From: a virus
Lineage: Duplodnaviria > Caudoviricetes
DNA length: 26,851 nucleotides
Reading direction: 5' to 3' (one strand)
Virus record (IMG/VR): IMGVR_UViG_3300017754_001849
Coordinates: 1-26,851 of that record
Shown: positions 16,154 to 23,192 of the stretch, one piece after another
Numbering within the stretch: the stretch's first letter is position 1
Layout of the letters: every line of letters begins with the position of its first letter
Program-made: the position numbers and the translations under genes
Notes under the pieces: model-generated
Databases searched by the model: none
The model's input: the letters and a program-made list of their open reading frames with translations, nothing else
What the model was told of the DNA's origin: nothing

Positions 16154-18100
16154 ATGAAAATCCTTTGGCTTGACTTTGAGACGCGGTCGCGTTGCGACCT
16201 TTCTTCGCGTGGAGTTTATAACTATGCACAAGACGCATCAACAGATGTACTTTGTATGTCGTATGCCTTTGATGATGGTGACGTTGTCACCTGGACTCCC
16301 GACCAACCGTTCCCTGATTCAGTACGGAAACACACGGGGCGCATATACGCGCACAACGCCGCTTTTGAGCGCCTTGTTTTCTGGTACGTACTGCAAATTA
16401 ACTTTGACCTCGAACAGTTCTACTGCACCGCTACGCAAGCGCGTGCTAACTGCTTACCTGGAAGCCTCGAAGACGTCGGGCGCGCACTCAGTAGCAACAT
16501 GCGAAAAGACCACAGGGGTAATCAACTTATTAGAGCTTTATCAATACCCCGCCCTGATGCATCGTTTAATAACGACCCCACTTTAATGGCCGAGATGATC
16601 GCGTATTGCGAACAAGACGTTCGCGCTATGCGTGCCGTCTCTCAGGCCATGCGCCCACTGTCAGATCAAGAACTGGCTGACTACCACGTTAACGAACGCA
16701 TCAACGATCGCGGCGTTAAGCTCGATCTACCGCTAGCGCATGCTGCGATTAACTACGCATCGACCGAACTTGAAGAGATCGAAGGTATCGTCGAAGAGAT
16801 CACCGAAAAAGAAATCACCTCAGTGCGCAGCCCGAAAATGAAGCAGTGGGTGATGGCCAGAATCGGGCCGCAAGCGCTGAAGCTGATGGAAACCTACAAG
16901 GATGACGAGCTGAAGTATAGTATTGATAAATCGGTTCGAGCTAACTTACTAGTTTTTGCAAAGGAGAACCCCGATGAGATTCCGGCCGCTGTCGCTGAAG
17001 TCATCCAATGCGCAGATGATCTTTGGGCGTCATCTGTTGCGAAGTTCAGCCGCCTTTCGGGCCTTGCTGACGTCGAAGATCACCGTGTCCGTGGGGCCTT
17101 CGTCTTCGCTGGAGGAAGCGCTACTGGACGAGCTTCGTCGTATGGCGCCCAAGTCCATAACTTCACGCGAAAATGCGCAAACGACCCCGACGGAGTGCGC
17201 CACGCTATGGTACGTGGACAGTCAATCGTCCCAAGATTTGGAAAACGGGTTACTGATGTTCTTAAGGGCATGCTCCGGCCCGCATTAATACCTGAAGACG
17301 GCCATTCGTTCGTTGTATCTGATTGGTCGGCAGTCGAGGCCCGCGTAACAGCGTGGGCATCAAACGATCCAAACGCCGAAGACGTCCTAGACGTTTTCCG
17401 TGACGGCCGTGATATCTACGTTCGCGAGGCCGCTGGTATCTACCGAGTACCTGAAGACCAGATAACCAAAGACCAGCGCCAGATCGGCAAGGTCGCCATT
17501 CTGTCGCTTGGCTTTGCCGGCGGCATCGGCGCCTTCGCTGCTATGGGCCGCGCTTATGGCTTGCACGTACCTGAGACGGATGCCAAGCGTATCGTTGACG
17601 CATGGCGCCGTGCTAACCAGTGGGCAGTAAACTATTGGGCGCAACTGGAATCAGCCTACATGCGCGCTATGCGAAACCCAGGCCGAGAATTCTCAGCAGG
17701 TCGGGTGACGTATATGTTTGACAAGCGCCACTTGTGGTACGCGCTGCCGTCTGGGCGTGTTCTGTGTTATCCATTTGCCAAACTGGAAGCCGATGGGGTT
17801 AGTTATGTGAAGGCTGCGTGGAAACCTGCGGCCGATGCCAAGGAATGGCCAAGAGCGAGGTTGTGGAAAGGGCTAGCCTGTGAGAATATTACACAAGCAA
17901 TCGCCAACGACTTGCTACGGCATTCTTTACGCCAATTGGATGACGTAGTCCTACACGTACACGATGAAATCGTTCTCGAATCCGCTACACCAGAATCGTC
18001 AGCTGCAAAACTCCGTGAAGTTATGTGTACCCCGCCTGATTGGGCGACAGGGCTACCATTGAACGCGGAAACCGAAATCATGGCCAGATACGGCAAATAA
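16154..18100 (+). CDS. polA: DNA polymerase, family A, with 3'-5' exonuclease domain
   Basis: LDFETRS, AHNAAFER, YCEQDV exonuclease motifs; ATGRASS; motif A DWSAVEAR, motif B RQIGKVAILSLGF, motif C HVHDEIV. Start set at ATG 16154 (MKILWLDFE). Confidence 0.95.
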   Translation: MKILWLDFETRSRCDLSSRGVYNYAQDASTDVLCMSYAFDDGDVVTWTPDQPFPDSVRKHTGRIYAHNAAFERLVFWYVLQINFDLEQFYCTATQARANCLPGSLEDVGRALSSNMRKDHRGNQLIRALSIPRPDASFNNDPTLMAEMIAYCEQDVRAMRAVSQAMRPLSDQELADYHVNERINDRGVKLDLPLAHAAINYASTELEEIEGIVEEITEKEITSVRSPKMKQWVMARIGPQALKLMETYKDDELKYSIDKSVRANLLVFAKENPDEIPAAVAEVIQCADDLWASSVAKFSRLSGLADVEDHRVRGAFVFAGGSATGRASSYGAQVHNFTRKCANDPDGVRHAMVRGQSIVPRFGKRVTDVLKGMLRPALIPEDGHSFVVSDWSAVEARVTAWASNDPNAEDVLDVFRDGRDIYVREAAGIYRVPEDQITKDQRQIGKVAILSLGFAGGIGAFAAMGRAYGLHVPETDAKRIVDAWRRANQWAVNYWAQLESAYMRAMRNPGREFSAGRVTYMFDKRHLWYALPSGRVLCYPFAKLEADGVSYVKAAWKPAADAKEWPRARLWKGLACENITQAIANDLLRHSLRQLDDVVLHVHDEIVLESATPESSAAKLREVMCTPPDWATGLPLNAETEIMARYGK

Positions 18101-18127
18101 AAAAAAGGCCGCCTGGCAGGGCAGCCT
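18099..18127 (-). terminator. Antisense-oriented intrinsic terminator between polA and primase
   Basis: Minus strand AGGCTGCC-CTGCCA-GGCGGCCT then a T run; stem is complete only on the minus strand (G-U). Confidence 0.65.
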
Positions 18128-18147
18128 AATACAACGGAGGAGAAAAG

Positions 18148-20427
18148 ATGTTGTTCTTGGATTATCTCATGAGTTTAGCGCCAGAGGGTGAAACGGCGTT
18201 GTTTGTACGACAAAAACCAATCCTAACTGACGGTCAAATACAGCTACACGCTGATGGTGCAATCAAGGCTACGTGGCCGTCGTTCTTACCAAACCCAAGC
18301 CTAGTTAAAGAAGGCCAAGCGTGGTTCGGTAATACCGGATCGTTCATTATCGACCGGCTAGACAAAAACAAACCGTCGGCGTCTAAGCACCACGTTGAAT
18401 ACGTGCTTGCGATGATGCTAGACGACATCGGCACCAAATCAAAAACACCCCCATTAGCGCCCACTTGGATTATCGAGACGTCTGAGGGCAATTATCAGTG
18501 GGGTTACGCCTTCTCTGAGCAACCTCCAAAGGGCGAATTCTGCGCAGCCGTTAACGCATTGGCAGCGGCCGGCTACACCGACCCAGGCGCTAATAATCCG
18601 GTGCGCAACTTCCGACTACCAGGCGCTGTTAATTTCAAGCGGGGTAATTTTGTTGCGCGCTTAGTTGAATTCCACCCTGAGCGCGAGTACACGTTAGAGC
18701 AAATCTGCGCCGCCTGTGAAGTGACGCCAAGCGAAGCTGTTAGCGATGGCCCGTCGGCTATCCGCTTAACCGACGACGGAAACGACGACGTCATGGCGTG
18801 GTTATCTGCGCAGAATATGGTCTACTCGAAAACTAACTCCGAAGGTTGGTTGTCTGTACATTGCCCAAACGCGAACGAGCATTCTGATGGTAATCCTGAA
18901 GCCCGCTACATGCCGTCTAACCGTGCGTTTTGCTGCTATCACGGACATTGTTTGGGCTTTGGGTCGAAAGCATTTCTGGATTGGGTAACCGCAAACGGAG
19001 GCCCAGCTCACGCGCCAGGTTTGCGCGAAGAACTACTGGTCAAAGCAATGGACGCCGCATTATCTAAACTGGAGCCTACCGACGACTTCCCTGATGCGGC
19101 CGAGATAATCATCGCTGAGTCAGATCGCAAACAGAGCGCTAGAGAAGAAAAGGCCGAGTGGTATGAGCGCTACGCTTACGTTCAGGAAGACGACGCCTAT
19201 TTCGACCTGAATACCCGCCGCGAACTGGGGCGCAGTACCTTCAACGCCCTATACCGGCACATTGGCTGCAACTCAATTCACAACAACGGCAAGATCGAAG
19301 CGTCTACCTGCTTTGATGAGAACCGAGCCGGCAAGGGTGCGCTTGCCCTTCAGGGCATTACTTACGCCGCCGGCGAGCCGGTGATCGTTAACGGCACGCA
19401 TGGCAACCGGTGGGTCAACGCACGGCCAGCCGGCCGCGCTGGCGATGTGAGCCTATGGCTCAAGCATGTCGAGCGGATGATACCGATCGATTTCGAGCGT
19501 GAGCATTTCCTCAATGCACTGGCTTACAAAGTGCAAAACCCGAACCGGAAAATCAACCACGCGATTCTGATCGGTGGCCACCCTGGCAGCGGTAAAGATA
19601 CTATGTTAGCGCCGTTTTTTTGGGCGATTGGCGGCGAGTCTAAACTGAACTGCAGCCTAGTTCGCAATGAAGACCTGAATTCGCAGTGGGGTTATGCGCT
19701 TGAGTGCGAAGTGATGGAGATCGCTGAGTTGCGTCAGTCTGAAGCAAAAGACCGGCGCGCATTAGAAAACGCCCTGAAGCCGATTATCGCGGCGCCACCT
19801 GAATACCTGAGTATTAATCGCAAGGGTCTACACCCTTACCAGGCCCTGAATCGCGTGTTTGTAGTGGCATTCTCTAACGAGAGGGCAGCTATCAGCATAC
19901 CGTCGGACGACCGCCGGTGGTTCTGTGTTTGGTCAGACGCCGGCCGCTTGCCTGAACCTGACGCGCTAACCTTGTGGCAGTGGTATCAAGCCGGCGGAGG
20001 ATTCGCGGCGATCGCTGATTACTTAATTAAACGCGATGTCAGCGCTTTCAATCCGGCCGCAACGCCGCCAATGACGGAAGCGAAAGCGATAATGATCGAC
20101 CAAGGGCGCAGCATGGCCGAATCGTATTTGGTCGACCTAATATCAAACCGGCTTGGCGAATTCTCAAGCGGCGTTATAGCGTCGCCCTTTTTCCCCTTGT
20201 GCGATCGACTAGCCGGCGGTGCGCCTTCTGGCGTGCGGATACCGCCGGCCGCACTATTGCATGCGTTACGCGAAGCGGGTTGGATTGACTGCGGCCGTAT
20301 ACATTCACGCGAATTCGCAACTAAAAAACAAATCTACGCGGCGCCCGAATTGGCCGGTAAACCGAAAGCGGAATTGCGGCGCCTGGTAGAAGAGGCGCCG
20401 GCGCCGAAATTAGTCAGCGTTAAATAA
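18148..20427 (+). CDS. Primase-helicase (RepB-like primase N-terminus, Zn-binding region, SF3/DUF5906-like ATPase)
   Basis: MLDDIG, IIETSEGNYQWGY, RNFRLPG; CP...HS...CYHGHC; Walker A GHPGSGKDT, AFSN, DDRRWF; SD GGAGG. Confidence 0.85.
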   Translation: MLFLDYLMSLAPEGETALFVRQKPILTDGQIQLHADGAIKATWPSFLPNPSLVKEGQAWFGNTGSFIIDRLDKNKPSASKHHVEYVLAMMLDDIGTKSKTPPLAPTWIIETSEGNYQWGYAFSEQPPKGEFCAAVNALAAAGYTDPGANNPVRNFRLPGAVNFKRGNFVARLVEFHPEREYTLEQICAACEVTPSEAVSDGPSAIRLTDDGNDDVMAWLSAQNMVYSKTNSEGWLSVHCPNANEHSDGNPEARYMPSNRAFCCYHGHCLGFGSKAFLDWVTANGGPAHAPGLREELLVKAMDAALSKLEPTDDFPDAAEIIIAESDRKQSAREEKAEWYERYAYVQEDDAYFDLNTRRELGRSTFNALYRHIGCNSIHNNGKIEASTCFDENRAGKGALALQGITYAAGEPVIVNGTHGNRWVNARPAGRAGDVSLWLKHVERMIPIDFEREHFLNALAYKVQNPNRKINHAILIGGHPGSGKDTMLAPFFWAIGGESKLNCSLVRNEDLNSQWGYALECEVMEIAELRQSEAKDRRALENALKPIIAAPPEYLSINRKGLHPYQALNRVFVVAFSNERAAISIPSDDRRWFCVWSDAGRLPEPDALTLWQWYQAGGGFAAIADYLIKRDVSAFNPAATPPMTEAKAIMIDQGRSMAESYLVDLISNRLGEFSSGVIASPFFPLCDRLAGGAPSGVRIPPAALLHALREAGWIDCGRIHSREFATKKQIYAAPELAGKPKAELRRLVEEAPAPKLVSVK

Positions 20428-20453
20428 AAAAAGGCCCGCTATATCAGCGGGCC
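20426..20453 (-). terminator. Intrinsic terminator of the early minus-strand operon
   Basis: GGCCCGCT-N5-AGCGGGCC hairpin (20433-20453) with a T run on the minus strand. Confidence 0.8.
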
Positions 20454-20507
20454 AAAAAGGGTATTCAATATTTTACAGTCTACGGGCCAAAATCACTAAA
20501 ACGGATA

Positions 20508-20768
20508 TTACCTTCGCGATAATGATGAACATGCGAGCGCCTCAATATCTTTAATTATGGTGTCTTTTAGTAGGTCGATTACGTCAACCCCGCCGGCGTA
20601 CGCATGCACAAGCCAGGCGCTGCCGTTATACCCAACGCCGGCGTCCGGCGCGCTATAGTCCAGGAAACAAAGTAATTGGCCCAAATCGTATTCGTATTCG
20701 TACACTTCTAAGTGTTGCGGCCAATACGGCGAGCGCACGTCGATTAGTGAGTTTTTAAGTTTTCCCAT
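20508..20768 (-). CDS. Hypothetical early protein
   Basis: 86 aa, SD GAGGT. Confidence 0.7.
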   Translation of the reverse strand: MGKLKNSLIDVRSPYWPQHLEVYEYEYDLGQLLCFLDYSAPDAGVGYNGSAWLVHAYAGGVDVIDLLKDTIIKDIEALACSSLSRR

Positions 20769-20770
20769 AA

Positions 20771-20959
20771 TTAAACCTCTGCAATTTTAAAATTATATTT
20801 TTGAGTTACAGTTTTGCATTTTTGGCATCTAACTGAATACCAGGCAAAATGAAAAACCTTAAACGTAAATTCACACGCCGGGCAGCAAATGAATTTTCCG
20901 TTTTTGCCGGCCCTTGTGTACTTGGTTACCTCGCCCAACTTGACTTTTATCCAGGCCAT
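20771..20959 (-). CDS. Zinc-ribbon early protein
   Basis: CPAC...CQKC; SD GAGGTG; TAATG coupling. Confidence 0.7.
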   Translation of the reverse strand: MAWIKVKLGEVTKYTRAGKNGKFICCPACEFTFKVFHFAWYSVRCQKCKTVTQKYNFKIAEV

Positions 20960-21249
20960 TAATTCACCTCGTCCGGTAATATTTCAAATAGTGGGATTGA
21001 TGGATCATATTGCGCCGCGCTTGTTTCACTTGCGCCGATATAGTCTATTTTGCGTAGCATATTAAGGCCGTCAAACTGTCCTATATAGGCCGCGGTTGAC
21101 ATACCTGGAACCCAGTTTGGAAACTTACGTATGTTCTTAGGTTTTGCCGGCCGGTATGGTTTACGGGCGCGCTTAGTTAATTCAAGCGTATCAGTAGTGG
21201 AATTTATGTAATACGTCGTTCCGTCGACGATCAATGTCACTGTATGCAT
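20959..21249 (-). CDS. Hypothetical early protein
   Basis: 96 aa with basic patch KRARKPYRPAKPK; TAATG coupling. Confidence 0.7.
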   Translation of the reverse strand: MHTVTLIVDGTTYYINSTTDTLELTKRARKPYRPAKPKNIRKFPNWVPGMSTAAYIGQFDGLNMLRKIDYIGASETSAAQYDPSIPLFEILPDEVN

Positions 21250-21374
21250 TATTGGCGCCCCATTAAAATAGTTTTCAATTTATTAATAGTTAATCCGGTA
21301 ATCTGACTTAGTTCTTTTAATGTCATGTTCGGATTACGATCGTAAATTTCGCGTATGTGTTCGTGTGTCATCAT
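21249..21374 (-). CDS. Minimal helix-turn-helix protein, 40-41 aa (not in ORF track)
   Basis: (M)MTHEHIREIYDRNPNMTLKELSQITGLTINKLKTILMGRQ*; start overlaps the GP88 stop, stop overlaps the next ATG; SD GAGGG. Confidence 0.72.
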   Translation of the reverse strand: MMTHEHIREIYDRNPNMTLKELSQITGLTINKLKTILMGRQ

Positions 21375-22015
21375 GCTGCCCTCTTTAACATAATTACTTT
21401 ATTCATTTTGCGACCATGCGCCGGATATGCAATTACTTTAACTTTTTTGTCATAGCACGCCCGACAATCGCCACATTGGCCATTGTTATCATAAGCGCCG
21501 CACAATTTGACGCCGCGTTTTGCGTCGCCTGGCGTAGGGATTATCACGCTACCGTGTAGGCCCTTCGTGTATTCGCCCGTTACGCTATCGCTTGAGAACC
21601 GCACGCATACATTTTTAAGCGCTTGCATTTCGGCCAAAACCATACGAAATTTCGGAAATTTATACATCCTGGTCGGTAGCCAGTGCTTGACCCACGGCGT
21701 GCGGCGCATTACTTCGAGAATTTTCTCTGCAAGCGCTAATGTGTACATGTCGCCGCTATCGAACCAACGAAAATAAGTGTCTTTTTGTAGTTCTGCGGCC
21801 ATGTCATCCGTCCAAGCCAAGCGTTGCCAATCTTTTTTATTGTGCGCGCGCGGCGCTTTCACGTTGGCAAAACGATAGTTGCCCGTCGTCGCATAGCAGC
21901 CGGCGCATGCGTCGACCAATTGGCCAGGCGCCGCGATCGATCCAGGGCACGTGTCAAGCGCCTCAAGCGACCAAGAGCGCACGCCGTCTAGTTTTGAAGT
22001 AACTGAAATTTTCAT
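21371..22015 (-). CDS. GP88-like protein (Cys-rich, radical-SAM-like)
   Basis: TCPGS...CAGCYA, FRWFDSGD, HWLPTR, VRFS, C...CGDCRACY..., YPAHG; SD GGAGG before ATG 22015. Confidence 0.8.
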   Translation of the reverse strand: MKISVTSKLDGVRSWSLEALDTCPGSIAAPGQLVDACAGCYATTGNYRFANVKAPRAHNKKDWQRLAWTDDMAAELQKDTYFRWFDSGDMYTLALAEKILEVMRRTPWVKHWLPTRMYKFPKFRMVLAEMQALKNVCVRFSSDSVTGEYTKGLHGSVIIPTPGDAKRGVKLCGAYDNNGQCGDCRACYDKKVKVIAYPAHGRKMNKVIMLKRAA

Positions 22016-22017
22016 TA

Positions 22018-22173
22018 TTACGCCTCCGCTATAGAATAAACAAAGGCCGCGCAGCATACGGCGCCGCCAATTAAAACTTCCGTCAAGTTGAAAATGTTTT
22101 CAGCGGCGCCGATAAATAGCAGAGCCATGCCGGCGCCGGATAATGCGGCGAGAATTAAATTAAGTTTTTGCAT
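22018..22173 (-). CDS. 51 aa two-TM membrane protein, first gene of the early operon (not in ORF track)
   Basis: MQKLNLILAALSGAGMALLFIGAAENIFNLTEVLIGGAVCCAAFVYSIAEA*; SD AGGGGGT. Confidence 0.7.
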   Translation of the reverse strand: MQKLNLILAALSGAGMALLFIGAAENIFNLTEVLIGGAVCCAAFVYSIAEA

Positions 22174-22229
22174 TTTATTACCCCCTATAAAAGTTTATTT
22201 TATTACCGCTTTTCTGTTGCGGTATGGCT

Positions 22230-22257
22230 AGTATAAAGGATTCTTTTATTCTGTCAA
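22230..22257 (-). promoter_or_regulatory. Strong sigma70 early promoter
   Basis: Minus strand TTGACA, 16 nt, TATACT, followed by a 5' hairpin TACCGC-N9-GCGGTA (22204-22224). Confidence 0.75.
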
Positions 22258-22304
22258 ACATTATTTTATAATCTTGAGTAAATTAGTATGGTAATTATGG
22301 CAAT

Positions 22305-22550
22305 TGTGGGCAATGTGGGTCATTGTGTGGGTCATGTTTTTAGGGCCAATGACCCACACCAAAACCCGCGCCAGCACTGGGTTTTGGGCACTTGTGGGCA
22401 ATGTGGGTCATCAAAAATTAACTTTGTAAATTACTTTGTACAGTACTGTATATCCGTACACTGTATAAGTGTACAGCGCTGCAAAAAACTACTGTATAAA
22501 AGGGGTCAAGCGATTTAAAATCGACTGTCCGATGACCCACATGACCCACA
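22305..22550. repeat. Iteron-like repeat cluster, probable replication origin
   Basis: TGTGGGTCAT at 22314, 22326, 22402; reverse complement at 22349, 22532, 22541; variant TGTGGGCAAT at 22305, 22393; AT-rich core between. Confidence 0.75.
22446..22476. promoter_or_regulatory. Tandem LexA-type (SOS) boxes
   Basis: CTGT-ATAAGTGT-ACAG (22461-22476, perfect CTGT-N8-ACAG) and CTGT-ATATCCGT-ACAC (22446-22461, one mismatch). Confidence 0.55.
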
Positions 22551-22557
22551 TCTCAAA

Positions 22558-22788
22558 ATGACAACTAACAAAGCCGGAAGGCCCGCTTCAATCCGCACGC
22601 GTAAATTCTGCAGGTATTTGACGCCGGAAGACGCCGCTATTCTTGCGGCCGCCGGCGCCGGCGATATATCCGCGGGCTTTCGTAATTTGCTAGCGCTTTA
22701 CCAGGAAGTCTACGAATTAGGCGCAACTAATACAGATGAAGTTGTTATAGCTTTTAATAATTACCGTAAAAATATCGATAGCGTTTAG
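22558..22788 (+). CDS. Small probable DNA-binding protein (ribbon-helix-helix-like)
   Basis: AGRP basic arm, alternating strand TRKFCRYL, helix TPEDAAIL, GAGDISAGFRNLL second helix. Confidence 0.6.
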   Translation: MTTNKAGRPASIRTRKFCRYLTPEDAAILAAAGAGDISAGFRNLLALYQEVYELGATNTDEVVIAFNNYRKNIDSV

Positions 22789-22951
22789 CTATAAACTATT
22801 GTTGTGCGGATTGTGAACTAAAGGCCCCGCATCTAGACACATTTTACATAACGCATTTTGGCCCCCTCGCCCCGCGATTAATTAGGGTCAGACCCCATTG
22901 CCCGCCCGCCCGATAGTCTCCCCCTATTAGCCCCCCTACTTTGCAGCCATA

Positions 22952-22979
22952 ACTACAGATAACCAGCATTATGTCAAAT
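22952..22979 (+). other. dif-like XerC/XerD recombination site
   Basis: ACTACAGATAA-CCAGCA-TTATGTCAAAT, 11-6-11; right arm is 10/11 identical to the E. coli dif XerD arm TTATGTTAAAT; left arm ends in ATAA. Confidence 0.65.
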
Positions 22980-23004
22980 GCGCCGCATAGTTTTTGCCTA
23001 TTAG

Positions 23005-23095
23005 AGTGAGTGCTTGCTAACGTAAGTTAGTGCTTACTCACATAGGGGGGGAGGGGGTAGTCACTACTATATATAATGGCGGCACCCTCTCCCCC
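23005..23095. other. Repeat pair plus G-run; candidate packaging/terminus signal
   Basis: AGTGAGTGCTTGCTAAC / AGTTAGTGCTTACTCAC (23005-23041), G7AG5 (23045-23057), complementary CCCTCTCCCCC (23085-23095), just upstream of terS. Confidence 0.4.
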
Positions 23096-23192
23096 ACAAA
23101 AAAAGTGGTTTTAAGAAAAAAGGGCAAACCGAGACAAAATAGCAAAAAAGGCTATACAATCCGAATGCTTCCAATTAAAGGAGAAAAGCACT

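Noticed and set aside
22288-22518. 76 aa ORF with VGNVGH repeats
   Set aside because: Translation of the iteron-like DNA repeats; no SD; repeats occur on both strands.
22305-22550. Possible mini-CRISPR array linked to the Cas4-like gene
   Set aside because: Units are only 10-20 bp, in both orientations and irregularly spaced; DUF2800-like nucleases are normal in such replication modules.
22841-22979. CTXphi-like folded attP hairpin
   Set aside because: Only the XerD-like arms are complementary; the XerC-side arms cannot pair.
23048-23055. KOPS-like GGGGAGGG near the dif-like site
   Set aside because: Single copy inside a G-run and pointing away from the site.
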